In this document: positions 46,358-56,377 of the stretch, one piece after another
Layout: each line of letters begins with the position of its first letter
Position numbering within the stretch: position 1 is the stretch's first letter
Assembly: GCA_030059665.1 (NCBI GenBank)
Contig: JANVYR010000001.1
Coordinates: 1 to 64,000, forward strand
From: Candidatus Calditenuis fumarioli
GTDB lineage: Archaea > Thermoproteota > Nitrososphaeria_A > Caldarchaeales > Calditenuaceae
DNA: 64,000 bases
Direction of reading: 5' to 3'
Notes under the pieces: model-generated
What the model was told of the DNA's origin: nothing
Database searches by the model: none
Seen by the model: only the letters and a program-made list of their open reading frames with translations
Position numbers and translations under genes: made by a program

Positions 46358-47076
46358 GCGAGGTCCTGGTGACTCGGGACCTGAGGAAGTCCTTCGGCGG
46401 GATCGCTGCGGTCAACGGCGTCGACCTCACGGTCAGGGAGGGCGAGCTGACGGCGATCATAGGCCCGAACGGCGCGGGCAAGACCACGCTCTTCAACCTC
46501 ATCACGGGCTTCGAGCGGCCCGACTCGGGGAAGGTCTACTTCATGGGACGGGACGTGACCGGCGAGAAGCCGTATAATTTGGCGAGGATGGGGCTCATCA
46601 GGACCTTCCAGATCGTGAGGCCCCTCAGGAACCTGACCGTTCTCCAGAACGTTCTGATAGGGTGCAGGGTGCGGGGACTAGGTCCTGAAGCCGCAGAGGA
46701 GAGTCTCAGGGCCGTCGGGCTCTGGGAGAAGAGGGACGTCCTCGCGTCGCTACTGACGCACGGCGAGCTGAAGAAGCTCGAGCTGGCCAGGGCCCTCGCG
46801 ATGAGGCCGAAGCTGCTGCTCTTGGACGAGCCCCTGGGAGGCCTGACCTTCTCCGAGGCGGAGGAGGTGACCGGCGCTATCCGGGAGGCGAACGCTAACG
46901 GCACCACGGTCGTTCTGGTGGAGCACCGGCTGAGGGAGACCTTCAGGATCGTGAGGAGGGTCGTGGTGATGAACCAGGGGAGGATCATCTACGACGGCCT
47001 GCCCGAGAACGTGGCGAAGACCGAGGAGGTCGTGAAGGCGTACATGGGAGGGAGGGGGTGGGTCCTCGGGACCTGA
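46354..47076 (+). CDS. livG: Branched-chain amino acid type ABC ATPase
   Basis: Walker A GPNGAGKT, RTFQ, LLLDEP, VEH, AYMG motifs. Confidence 0.88.
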   Translation: MSEVLVTRDLRKSFGGIAAVNGVDLTVREGELTAIIGPNGAGKTTLFNLITGFERPDSGKVYFMGRDVTGEKPYNLARMGLIRTFQIVRPLRNLTVLQNVLIGCRVRGLGPEAAEESLRAVGLWEKRDVLASLLTHGELKKLELARALAMRPKLLLLDEPLGGLTFSEAEEVTGAIREANANGTTVVLVEHRLRETFRIVRRVVVMNQGRIIYDGLPENVAKTEEVVKAYMGGRGWVLGT

Positions 47077-47157
47077 CCTGGAACCGCACCGTCCGCTCAA
47101 CTCCAGCACGATCTAACGCCAATATCCCGGATTGGACTGTCAACTTCACGGACTTCC

Positions 47158-47730
47158 TTGATCGCGGAGGCGCTCTCTAGGGTGTTTGCCCGGATCTGGA
47201 GGATCGAGCCGTACAGGTTCTGGACTCACAAATGCGCGCTCGTCGGTGCGGTCTCGAGAGGCGCTGAGAGGGTCCTGGACGTCGGATGCGGGCCTCGCCT
47301 CTACAGGAACTGCTGCGAAGCGGTGGAGTACGTGGGCCTCGACCTCCATGGCAGACCGGAGGTCATCGGATCCGCATCAGCGCTCCCCTTCAGGGACGGA
47401 TCGTTCGACGCCGTGGTCGCGATGGACGTGCTGGAGCACGTGGAGGAGATCGACGCTGCAGCCTCCGAGTGCCACCGCGTTCTGAGGGAAGGCGGAAGAC
47501 TACTTCTGGTGACGCCCAATGCGCTCGGCTTCGGCACCTTCGACAGCCTCGCGGACCCGACGCACAGGCACCACCTGACCTGGAGGAGCGCGACCGAGCT
47601 CCTGACGAGGGCCGGTTTCAGAAGGCTCTCGAGCGTGACAACGCAGCTCCACGTCTTCCCGCCTCTCAACCGCCGGGTGAGAAGCCTCACCTTCTTGCAG
47701 CAGTCCGTCTGCCTGATCGCGACGAAATGA
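47158..47730 (+). CDS. Class I SAM-dependent methyltransferase
   Basis: VLDVGCG, LPFRDGSFDAV, VLEH, RVLREGG motifs. Confidence 0.8.
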   Translation: MIAEALSRVFARIWRIEPYRFWTHKCALVGAVSRGAERVLDVGCGPRLYRNCCEAVEYVGLDLHGRPEVIGSASALPFRDGSFDAVVAMDVLEHVEEIDAAASECHRVLREGGRLLLVTPNALGFGTFDSLADPTHRHHLTWRSATELLTRAGFRRLSSVTTQLHVFPPLNRRVRSLTFLQQSVCLIATK

Positions 47731-48734
47731 ACGTGATCGGCAGGTTCCTCCGGTCGCCGCTCGCGGGCCTACTCATCGCTGGCGTAGTGATCCCTTTGGT
47801 CCTGCTGAGGGCCGGGGGAATAGGGCTGGAGGACCTGATGGACGTGGGGCCGGATCTTCTGGCAACGTCGCTGGCGCTGAACGGGCTCAGGTTCCTCGCG
47901 CAGGGCATGAGGCTCCACGCGCTCCTCAACGCAGCGGGCGTCCGGCAAAAGCTAACCCGCTCCGTGCTTATACGTGGAGCGAGCGAGTTCTTCGCGCTGA
48001 CCGTCTTCCCCTTCGGCGCCGACGAGGCCTTCAGGACGGCCGTTCTCACGCGGCTCGGCCTCAGCGTCTGGACCTCCCTCAGGATCGCGTTCGCGGAGCT
48101 GATCTTCGACGTGATGGTCGTCGCGCCCTTCGCTTTGGTAGCAGGAACCATAGCCCTCTCGGCCGGTAACGCCCACCTCGCCGCCTTACTCATACCGGTC
48201 GCGTCTGTCCAGCTGACGTTCTCGCTCGCGATCTCCAGCGTGGTCCTGAAGGGCACCGTCCCGAGGTCGAGGGTGATCGGGTGGGTGAGCTCGGTGACGT
48301 CGAGGTTCAGGGTCGGTGGCCTCAACCGCCCGGTGAGTGAGGAAGGGTGGACCGATGACCGCTCGGACCTCCGGAAACCCCAGCTCGTCGCGTCGATGAC
48401 GCTCCTCTCGTTGGCCGTGATGCTCGCCCACGCGGTTCTTCTTCAGCTAGCGCTGAGCTCCTGGGGCATCGACCTCATCGTGGCCGTCATCGCCTTCTCC
48501 TCCGGCGGCGTTCTCGGATCGCTTCCCGTTACCGTGGGCGGAGCTGGCCTGACCGAGGCCGGGATACACCTCGCGCTCAGGTCCCTCTTCGGCGTCGACG
48601 ACCTGGAGGCCGTGCTGAAGTGGCGGCTGATGACCTACCACGTCTGCCTCGCCCTCTCGGCGCTCATTTTGCTCCTCTACGGCAGGAGAGTTAGGCAAGC
48701 TCCCGCGATCGGCGAGTCTCCCTCTGCCAGATGA
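47727..48734 (+). CDS. Lysylphosphatidylglycerol synthase TM/UPF0104 (AglD-like flippase) membrane protein
   Basis: Multi-TM; P..VGGAGLTE and WRLMTY motifs; ATGA overlap with the MTase. The ORF-track extension to 47286 is rejected. Confidence 0.75.
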   Translation: MNVIGRFLRSPLAGLLIAGVVIPLVLLRAGGIGLEDLMDVGPDLLATSLALNGLRFLAQGMRLHALLNAAGVRQKLTRSVLIRGASEFFALTVFPFGADEAFRTAVLTRLGLSVWTSLRIAFAELIFDVMVVAPFALVAGTIALSAGNAHLAALLIPVASVQLTFSLAISSVVLKGTVPRSRVIGWVSSVTSRFRVGGLNRPVSEEGWTDDRSDLRKPQLVASMTLLSLAVMLAHAVLLQLALSSWGIDLIVAVIAFSSGGVLGSLPVTVGGAGLTEAGIHLALRSLFGVDDLEAVLKWRLMTYHVCLALSALILLLYGRRVRQAPAIGESPSAR

Positions 48735-49858
48735 AACCCCTCAAGCTCCGTGATAGGTTTTTGTCAGCTGGCTCACATTACATTGACGTGGCAATCCGCA
48801 TCCCCCTCAGGATCGAGCGGAGGCTCGAGGTCCCCGCCTCGGTCTCGCTCGCTATGACGGTCGTCTTCCTGGCCCTCGCGCTCCTCTTCGCGGCGTTCCT
48901 GATGCAGGCGCTCGGCATCGACGCGATGAGCGTCCTCCACCAGATCGCCACCGTCTTCACCACGCGGGAGCTCCTCACCGCGGCGTTCCTCCGCTCAGTC
49001 CCGATCGGGCTGGCTGCCGTGGGCCTCACCGTCTCCTTCAGGGCCAACTTCTGGAACATAGGCGCCGAGGGGCAGATGTTCATGGGGATGTTCGCCTCCA
49101 CGGGAATCGTGCTGCTGCACGCCTACTACGGCCTCATCCCAGGCTGGGCCCTCCTGCCGGCGATGGCCGCTGCCTCCTTCGTCGCCGGGGGCCTCTACTG
49201 TGCGCTTAGTGGGGTGCTGAGGTCGAAGCTCGGCGTCAACGAGGTCCTGACGACCCTGATGATGAACTTCATCGCCATCCTCTTCGTCGACTACCTGGTG
49301 TACGGCCCCTGGAGGGACCCGAGGGGGTACGGCTTCCCGCTCTCGATACCGTTCCCTCCCGAGGCGAGGTTCGGTGGGCTGATGGGGGAGGCCTATGAGG
49401 GCCTGGCGCTGCTTGCGGTGCTCGCGGTTCTGACCCACCTGCTGATGACCCGCACCACCTTCGGCGTCGACGTCAAGGTCGTCGGCGAGAACCCCTACAT
49501 CGCTGGGATCGCTGGCGTCCGAATCCCGAGGACCTACTTCCTCGTGAACCTGATCAGCGGCGGCCTCGCGGGCCTAGCGGGCTTCTTCCTGCTCTCGGGC
49601 ATCATCGGACGTCTGAGGCCCCGCGCCTCACCAGGGTACGGATACACCGCCATCATCATAGCCTTCCTCGCAGGCCTTCACCCGATCCTCGCGATCCCTG
49701 CGGCGGTCTTCATGGGCGGACTGATAGTTGCGGGCGACGTCCTTCAGGCGACGTTGAACCTGCCCTTCGCGGCCGTTCAGCTGCTCCAGTCCACGATCTT
49801 CGTGATGATCGTCGTGGCCGAGTTCGTCAAGCGGTACCGGATCATCTGGAGGTGGTGA
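48731..49858 (+). CDS. Nucleoside/sugar-type ABC permease 1
   Basis: WNIGAEGQ, VNEVLTTLMMN, GYGYTAIIIAFL motifs. The real start may be ~57 nt downstream. Confidence 0.88.
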   Translation: MKPLKLRDRFLSAGSHYIDVAIRIPLRIERRLEVPASVSLAMTVVFLALALLFAAFLMQALGIDAMSVLHQIATVFTTRELLTAAFLRSVPIGLAAVGLTVSFRANFWNIGAEGQMFMGMFASTGIVLLHAYYGLIPGWALLPAMAAASFVAGGLYCALSGVLRSKLGVNEVLTTLMMNFIAILFVDYLVYGPWRDPRGYGFPLSIPFPPEARFGGLMGEAYEGLALLAVLAVLTHLLMTRTTFGVDVKVVGENPYIAGIAGVRIPRTYFLVNLISGGLAGLAGFFLLSGIIGRLRPRASPGYGYTAIIIAFLAGLHPILAIPAAVFMGGLIVAGDVLQATLNLPFAAVQLLQSTIFVMIVVAEFVKRYRIIWRW

Positions 49859-49861
49859 GGC

Positions 49862-50842
49862 GTGGTGGAGCTCTCCTGGATCGAGGGCGTACTGGCCCTG
49901 ACCGTCCAGTTCGGGACCGTTTACCTGCTCGCGTCGCTCGGCGAGATCTACGCCGAGAGGAGCGGTATCCTGAACCTGGGCATGGAGGGGATGATGATAG
50001 TGGGCGCGGCGATCGCCTTCGTCTTCACCAACGCGCTCGGCCACCTCCTGAGCCTCGTCTCGGTCGTCCTGATAGGCGCGCTGATGGGGCTGCTTCTGGC
50101 GTTCCTGGTGGTGACGCTCCGGCTCAACCAGGTCGTGGTCGGCCTGGCCCTTACGCTCTTCGGCTACGGTCTCAGCGGCCTGCTCACCCAGCCCGCGATA
50201 AGGGCGCGGATCATGAGGGCTCTTAACCCGGAGGTCCCGGAGGTGAGGATCGTCACGCAGCAGGCCGAGGCCCTCAGGGCCGTGAAGGTCCCCGTCCTCT
50301 CGGATATACCGGTTGTGGGGCCGGTCCTCTTCTCCCAGAACGCGCTGGTCTACTTCGCCCTAATCGCGGCCGTGGTCATGTGGTTCGTCCTCTTCAGGAC
50401 CTCGATCGGTCTGGCCATCAGGTCCGTAGGAGAGAACCCCTCGATGGCCGACTCGTTGGGGATCAACGTCTTCAGGATCAGGTACGTCACCTCGGTGATC
50501 GCCGGCGTCATGGGAGCTCTCGCGGGCGCATACCTCTTCATCGGCTACCAGCCCTTCTGGGTCGAGATGATGACCAACGGCAGGGGGTTCATCGCGCTGG
50601 CCCTGGTGATCCTGGCCTCCTGGAGCCCCATCAGGGCGGTCTTCGGGTCCCTCCTCTTCGGGGGTGTGGAGGTGATCCAGTTCAGGCTTCAGCTCTTCGG
50701 CTTCGCGGCCCAGACGCCGCAGTTCGTGCTGATGCTTCCGTACGTCGTCGCGATAGTGACCCTGACCGTCCTCTCCGTCGAGAGCGTGAGGAAAAGGCTG
50801 GGCGTCCCCGAGGCGCTCGGAAAGCCGTACTATCGCGAGTGA
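49862..50842 (+). CDS. Nucleoside/sugar-type ABC permease 2
   Basis: ERSGILNLGMEG, GENP..AD..GINV, GRGFIALA, PEALGKPY motifs. Confidence 0.88.
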   Translation: MVELSWIEGVLALTVQFGTVYLLASLGEIYAERSGILNLGMEGMMIVGAAIAFVFTNALGHLLSLVSVVLIGALMGLLLAFLVVTLRLNQVVVGLALTLFGYGLSGLLTQPAIRARIMRALNPEVPEVRIVTQQAEALRAVKVPVLSDIPVVGPVLFSQNALVYFALIAAVVMWFVLFRTSIGLAIRSVGENPSMADSLGINVFRIRYVTSVIAGVMGALAGAYLFIGYQPFWVEMMTNGRGFIALALVILASWSPIRAVFGSLLFGGVEVIQFRLQLFGFAAQTPQFVLMLPYVVAIVTLTVLSVESVRKRLGVPEALGKPYYRE

Positions 50843-50893
50843 CGTCGGGGGAAGAGCGGAAACGGAAAAATGGGCAACAACAGACCGGAAGCC

Positions 50894-52315
50894 TCACCCT
50901 CGAGGCAGCTCGCTCAGGATGTACTCAACGAACCAGTCCATCTCCCACAGCGCGTCCCTGTCCAGCCTGCCACCCTCCCTCCTCTCGCCGCTGCGCTTGC
51001 TGACGACGTAGGTCTTGCCGTCGACCATCACCTCTCCGGACTGGTCCCTTATCGGCTCCCCGAGGTTGCCCTCCGGTGAGAAGGGCTCGAAGATCAGCTC
51101 CTTCATCTGCTCGTACCTCCGCTTGATCTCGGCCTGCCACTCGCTCGGGATCGCCGGGTTAAGGGGAGCGAGGTAGACCGTTCCCTCGGGCTGGCCAGCG
51201 GTGCTCTTGTCGACCGGCCTCCTCCACCTGTAGGGCACGTAGTCGCCGATCCTCGTCCAGATGTCAACTGACTGCCAGGTGTTGGTGGCCACCATCCTGT
51301 AGAACTCGAGATAGAGTGGGCCCCAGTTGACCACCTGGCCTGTCAGGTGCGCGTTCGGGCCGTACTGCCTCATGTCGCTGTAGTGGCTGAAGCTCCAGAC
51401 CCTCTTCCCCTTCTGGGTCGTGTACTCCTCTGCGACCTGGAGGACCGTCGGGCTGTCCTCCGTGTAGGCTAGCACGTCAGCGTTCTTCTCCTCGATCAGC
51501 GATATTGCCCCGGTCCTAGCCTTCGCTGGATCGAACCACGAGAAGAGCCAGACGACGTACGCCTTGATGTTCTTCCCGGTCCTCTTCTTGTAAGCGTAGT
51601 TGGCCCCGAGGACGAAGGCGTTGATGTGCCTCACCACCTCTGGTATCGGGTGTGCTGCGACGTATCCCACCACACCTGTCTGGGTGACGGCTCCTGCGGC
51701 GAGGCCGTTGAGGTAGTAAAGCTGGTAGAACTCCGCGAAGGCCGAGCTCATGTTGTTCGGCGCGTTCCCCGCGGCACCGCTCCTGTAACCCGATATGTGG
51801 ACGAAGTAGCGATCTGGATACTTCGCCGCCATCTCGGCCGTCGGGTCCATGTAGCCGAAGCTGGTTGTGATGATCAGCTTCGCGTTCTCCTTGGTGATGA
51901 GCGACTCGATCGCGCTGGCCGCCTGAGGCTCGGGAACGCTCTCGATGTACGCGGACTTGGCTGCTGGGAACCTCTGGTCAGCCCACTTCCTGCCCTGATC
52001 GTGGGCGTGGCTCCAGCCGTAATCGCCGACGGGCCCCACGTAGATGTAGCCGACCTTCAGCTCCGTGACCTGCGGCGCCGTGACCGTTCTCTCGACAGTG
52101 GCGGTCCTCTGCACCGTTACGGTCCTCTCGGCCGCTGCCTGCGTAACCGTGGTTGTGACTGCCCTCGGAGGGGCTGCCGACTGGCCGGCGAGGTAGCCAG
52201 CTATGCCGCCTATGACTCCGGCGGCCACGATACCTCCGACCGCGGCACCCGTTGAGACGCCGAGGAACTCCCTCCTGGTGATCCTCCTCCGGTCCGTACC
52301 GGATTTTTCCGTCAT
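50894..52315 (-). CDS. BMP family ABC substrate-binding protein with Tat signal
   Basis: ITRREFLG, VGYIYVGPVGDYGWSHAHD, TSFGY, NAFVLGA, WFDP motifs. Confidence 0.88.
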   Translation of the reverse strand: MTEKSGTDRRRITRREFLGVSTGAAVGGIVAAGVIGGIAGYLAGQSAAPPRAVTTTVTQAAAERTVTVQRTATVERTVTAPQVTELKVGYIYVGPVGDYGWSHAHDQGRKWADQRFPAAKSAYIESVPEPQAASAIESLITKENAKLIITTSFGYMDPTAEMAAKYPDRYFVHISGYRSGAAGNAPNNMSSAFAEFYQLYYLNGLAAGAVTQTGVVGYVAAHPIPEVVRHINAFVLGANYAYKKRTGKNIKAYVVWLFSWFDPAKARTGAISLIEEKNADVLAYTEDSPTVLQVAEEYTTQKGKRVWSFSHYSDMRQYGPNAHLTGQVVNWGPLYLEFYRMVATNTWQSVDIWTRIGDYVPYRWRRPVDKSTAGQPEGTVYLAPLNPAIPSEWQAEIKRRYEQMKELIFEPFSPEGNLGEPIRDQSGEVMVDGKTYVVSKRSGERREGGRLDRDALWEMDWFVEYILSELPRG

Positions 52316-52436
52316 AGCGCAATTACACGTTCACCGCGGTGGATAAAGGTATTGGACACGTCATTACACAGGTTTATGCAAATGCGCTCCGTTCCTGTAA
52401 AAATTGGGGCGCGGAGCGCGGCGATGACCCGACCGG

Positions 52437-53864
52437 TCAGTAGGCTCTCCCGAAGTAGGCGGTGACCCTCGCCTCTCCGCCGCAGTAGATGCATTTCGAG
52501 AGGATCGGCTCCGGCTCGAAGGGTATGACCCTGACGGTGGCGCCCGTGAGCTCCTTGATCGCGGCCTCGCACTCCCTCGATCCGCAGTAGGACGCCTTGA
52601 TGAAGCCGCCCTTCTCCTCGAGGGCCCTTGAGAACTCCTCGAGCGACCTGACCTCGGTTATGTGCTCGAGCAGGAACTTCTTGGCAGCCTCGTAAAGGGA
52701 CCGCTGTATCTCGGCCAAGAGGCTCCGCACGGCGTCGACCAGCTCCCCATCGCCAACGGTCACCCGCGTCAGCGTGTCCCTTCTTGCCAGCGTCACCCTA
52801 CCGCCCTCGACCTCCTTGGGCCCGATCTCGGCCCTCAGCGGCACGCCCTTCAGCTCCCACTCGTTGAACTTCCACCCCGGAGTGTACTCGGTCCTGTCGT
52901 CGAGGTGGACCCTGATGCCTGCCTCCGAGAGCCGGCGCACGACCTCCCTGCACTTCTCGATCACCGCGGCCCTCTCCTCGTCCCGGTAATGTATCGGGAT
53001 CACCACGACCTGGATCGGAGCTATCTCCGGCGGCAGCCTGAGGCCCCGGTCGTCTCCGTGGACCATGATCACGGCCCCTATGACGCGCCAAGAGAGGCCC
53101 CACGAGGTGCTCCACGCGTAGTGCATCTGTCCGTCCGGCCCCAGGTACCTGACCTCGAAGGGGACGGTGAAGTTCTGGCCGAGGTTGTGGGACGTGGCCA
53201 TCTGGAGGACCTTGCCGTCGGGCATCACAGCCTCGAGCGTCGTCGTGTAAACCGCCCCCACGAACTTCTCCAGCTCCGACTTGTACCCCGCGAGGACCGG
53301 TATCGCCAGCTTCTCCTCCACGACCTCCCTGTAGACGTTCAGCATCCTCATCACCTCCTGCTCCGCCTCCTCCTTCGTCGCGTGGATCGTGTGACCCTCC
53401 TGCCAAAGGAACTCGGAGGTGCGGATGAAGGGCTTGGTGGACTTGATCTCGGCCCTGAGAGCGGAGTTCCAGAAGTTCACCAGTACCGGGAGCTCCCTCC
53501 AACTCTTTATCGAGGCTCCGAAGGTGGCGTAGAAGAGCGTCTCAGAAGTGGGCCTCACCGCAAGCCTCTCTCCCAGCGGGTCGTCGCCCGAATGGGTGAC
53601 CCAGAAGACCTCGGGCGTGAAGCCCTTGAAGTGCTCCGCCTCCTTCCTCAATAGCGATTCGGGTATCAGCACCGGCAGGAACGCGTTCCTGTGGCCCGTC
53701 TCCCTGAACCTCCTGTCCAGGTGGGACCTGATCAGCTCCCAGATCTCGTACCCGTAGGGGAGCAGGTATATCGTCCCCTTCACCGGCGCGTACCCCGCCA
53801 GCCCCGCCTCCTCGACCACCTCCAGGTACCACTCCGAGAAGTTCTCGGACTTCTTGTGCTTCAT
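52437..53864 (-). CDS. proS: Prolyl-tRNA synthetase, archaeal/eukaryotic type
   Basis: FSEWY, RPTSET, PFIRTSEFLWQEGHT, SWGLSWR, C-terminal Zn cysteines and FGRAY. Confidence 0.97.
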   Translation of the reverse strand: MKHKKSENFSEWYLEVVEEAGLAGYAPVKGTIYLLPYGYEIWELIRSHLDRRFRETGHRNAFLPVLIPESLLRKEAEHFKGFTPEVFWVTHSGDDPLGERLAVRPTSETLFYATFGASIKSWRELPVLVNFWNSALRAEIKSTKPFIRTSEFLWQEGHTIHATKEEAEQEVMRMLNVYREVVEEKLAIPVLAGYKSELEKFVGAVYTTTLEAVMPDGKVLQMATSHNLGQNFTVPFEVRYLGPDGQMHYAWSTSWGLSWRVIGAVIMVHGDDRGLRLPPEIAPIQVVVIPIHYRDEERAAVIEKCREVVRRLSEAGIRVHLDDRTEYTPGWKFNEWELKGVPLRAEIGPKEVEGGRVTLARRDTLTRVTVGDGELVDAVRSLLAEIQRSLYEAAKKFLLEHITEVRSLEEFSRALEEKGGFIKASYCGSRECEAAIKELTGATVRVIPFEPEPILSKCIYCGGEARVTAYFGRAY

Positions 53865-53977
53865 CGCGCCCTGCAGGTCTCCCCCAGCTCGTCTTATGAC
53901 CTTAGCGCGCTCCTTCCCGCAGGAGGACCGGAAGGGAACCGTATATCTCGTGGTTAGGCGATATCACGTCGGAAGCC

Positions 53978-54310
53978 ATGGGGAAGAGGAAGATCATCTC
54001 CGAGCCGAAGGAGCTGGAGCAGATGCCAGAGCTGGGACCGGGAGACGTCTACGGCGTGGTGGTGAAGCTCGTGGGATACGACAACGCGCTGGTCGAGTGC
54101 TCCGACGGGAAGCAGCGCCTCTGCCGGATCCGGGGCCAGCTGAAGCGGAAGATCTGGATAAAGGAGGGAGACCTGGTGGCGGTCAGCCCCTGGGACTTCC
54201 AGAGCGACAAGCGGGGCGACATATGGTGGAGGTTCACCAAAAACCAGGCGCTGGAGCTGGCACAGAAGGGAGTTCTGCCGGACTTCCTCAGGGCGAAGAT
54301 CGAGGGCTGA
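53978..54310 (+). CDS. eif1a: Translation initiation factor 1A (aIF-1A)
   Basis: RLCRIRG.LK.KIWIKEGDLV.VSPWDFQSD.RGDI motif. Confidence 0.95.
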   Translation: MGKRKIISEPKELEQMPELGPGDVYGVVVKLVGYDNALVECSDGKQRLCRIRGQLKRKIWIKEGDLVAVSPWDFQSDKRGDIWWRFTKNQALELAQKGVLPDFLRAKIEG

Positions 54311-54373
54311 GCTCACCTCACCGGAACCGATTTAACGGACAAGCCTATTATCGGGATTTGGGAACATCGCGGT

Positions 54374-54988
54374 ATGGGCAGGGAGGTCTCGCTCGGGAAG
54401 GAACGCTTCCTCCTCCTGGACTGGGACGACATCGTCTCGGGGGTCGAGGAGCTGGCCAGCAAGATCGCGTCATCGGGTTTCAGGCCCGAGGTGATCGTGG
54501 GGATCCTGAGGGGAGGGCTCTTCGTGGCCAACCTGCTGTCCGACGTGATGGACGTTGAGGACGTGATACCGCTGGGGATCCGGAGCTACGTCGGCGTCAA
54601 GTCCAGAGGCACGCCGGTTGTCTACCACAGGCCCTCCCTCGAGGAGCTCACCGGAAAGAGGGTGCTGCTGGTGGACGACGTCTCTGACGAGGGGAAGACT
54701 TTGATGACGGCCCACTCCCTCATCCGGAGTTCATCTGACCCGGCCGAGCTGAAGACCTCGGTCCTCCACATCAAGCCCTGGACGAAGTTCGTCCCCGACT
54801 ACTACGTCCTCATGACCTCCCACTGGATCCTCTATCCGTGGAGCAGGTACGAGAGCGCGAGGCTCCTCTGGCGTCAGATGTCCCCGCACGTCCCCGGCGA
54901 GGACCTCCTCCCTCAGCTCTCATCGCTGCTCGGGCTGGACGAGGAGAAGATACGGAGGGTGATTCTGGGGGCACAGCAGCCCGGCTGA
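54374..54988 (+). CDS. Purine-type phosphoribosyltransferase
   Basis: GILRGG, VLLVDDVSDEGKT PRPP loop, WILYPW. Confidence 0.88.
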   Translation: MGREVSLGKERFLLLDWDDIVSGVEELASKIASSGFRPEVIVGILRGGLFVANLLSDVMDVEDVIPLGIRSYVGVKSRGTPVVYHRPSLEELTGKRVLLVDDVSDEGKTLMTAHSLIRSSSDPAELKTSVLHIKPWTKFVPDYYVLMTSHWILYPWSRYESARLLWRQMSPHVPGEDLLPQLSSLLGLDEEKIRRVILGAQQPG

Positions 54989-55051
54989 CCTGCGTCACTT
55001 AGGAACAGATGGTTAAATGGCCCATTAGGTCTGACGGGTGACGGACAGGAA

Positions 55052-56377
55052 ATGCCGAAGGTCTACGTCGAGAGCTACGGATGCGCGGCGAACCTCCACG
55101 ACACCGAGATCATGAAGGCCCTCCTCGCGAGGGCCGGGTACGAGGAGGCGTCGTCGCCGGAGCAGGCAGACCTCCTCCTGATCAACACCTGCACGGTCAA
55201 GACGCCCACCGCCAACCGGATGGTCCACAGGATCGCGACGCTCTCCGGATACGGGAAGCCGCTGATCGTTGCGGGGTGCTTCGCCAAGGCGCAGCCGGAG
55301 CTTGTCGAGCGGATCAACCCGAGGGCGTCCCTGCTGGGTCCAGACGCGGTGGACGAGGTCGTCCGTGTGGCAGAAATCGCGCTCTCCGGCGGAAGGGCGT
55401 CCGTTCTCGACGGTAGGCGTGCCGAGAAGACCCTCCTGCCCAGCGTGAGGACGAACCCCGTGGTCGAGATCGTCGAGGTCTCAAGCGGCTGCCTCTCCTC
55501 CTGCACCTTCTGCCAGACGAAGCTCGCCCGCGGCACGCTCTTCAGCTACAGGCCTGCTACCATCCGGGAGAGGGTCAGGGCAGCGGTCGCGGAGGGGGTG
55601 AAGGAGATCTGGCTGACCTCACAGGACATGTCGGCCTACGGAAGGGACATCGGCACGAACCTCGCTGAGCTGCTGAGGAGCATCACGTGCAACGTCCAGG
55701 GCGACTACCGGATCAGGGTCGGGATGATGAACCCGCTACACTTCAGGAAGCTCGAGCTGCAGGAGCTGATCGAGGCGTACCTCGACGTCCACGTCTTCAA
55801 GTTCCTCCACCTCTGCGTCCAGTCTGGAAGCGACAAGGTCCTCAGGGACATGAGGAGGGGATACACCGTCGCGGACTTCGAGGAGTACGTCTCCGCTTTC
55901 AGGTCAGCCATCCCGGACATGACGTTGATGACCGACGTCATAGTGGGCTACCCGACAGAGGAAGAGGAGGACTTCGAGATGACGCTGAGGCTACTCGAGA
56001 GGACGAGGCCGGACTTCGTCAACATCTCCCGTTTCTTCCCCAGGCCCAAGACCGAGGCGGCCAAGCTCAGGCAGCTTCGGCCTGAGGTGGTCAACAGGAG
56101 GAGCAGAGAGATCACGGAGCTCTGCGAGGAGATCGCGCTCCGTAACATGTCCAAGTGGATCGGGTGGAGCGGGCCGGTTCTGATCGACGAGGTGGGCCAG
56201 AAGGGCGAGGTCATCGGAAGGACGGACCACTACAGGCCCGTCGTGATCAGGTCGCCCGACGCCAGATCTCTTTTCGGAAGGTGGGTGGAGGTGGTGGTGG
56301 AGGAGGCGAGGCCCTACTGCCTGATCGGCCGCCCGATATCCAGGGAAGTGGATCTGGCGCAGGCTCAGGCGACGTAG
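55052..56377 (+). CDS. tRNA methylthiotransferase, radical SAM (MtaB/CDKAL1-type) with TRAM domain
   Basis: YGCAAN, NTCTVK, AGC, GCLSSCTFC, RVGMMNP, VQSGSD motifs. Confidence 0.92.
   Translation: MPKVYVESYGCAANLHDTEIMKALLARAGYEEASSPEQADLLLINTCTVKTPTANRMVHRIATLSGYGKPLIVAGCFAKAQPELVERINPRASLLGPDAVDEVVRVAEIALSGGRASVLDGRRAEKTLLPSVRTNPVVEIVEVSSGCLSSCTFCQTKLARGTLFSYRPATIRERVRAAVAEGVKEIWLTSQDMSAYGRDIGTNLAELLRSITCNVQGDYRIRVGMMNPLHFRKLELQELIEAYLDVHVFKFLHLCVQSGSDKVLRDMRRGYTVADFEEYVSAFRSAIPDMTLMTDVIVGYPTEEEEDFEMTLRLLERTRPDFVNISRFFPRPKTEAAKLRQLRPEVVNRRSREITELCEEIALRNMSKWIGWSGPVLIDEVGQKGEVIGRTDHYRPVVIRSPDARSLFGRWVEVVVEEARPYCLIGRPISREVDLAQAQAT

Noticed and set aside
52384-52419. GCGCTCCG...CGGAGCGC hairpin after proS
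   Set aside because: An 8-bp GC stem in high-GC DNA with no adjacent U-tract; it cannot be distinguished from chance.
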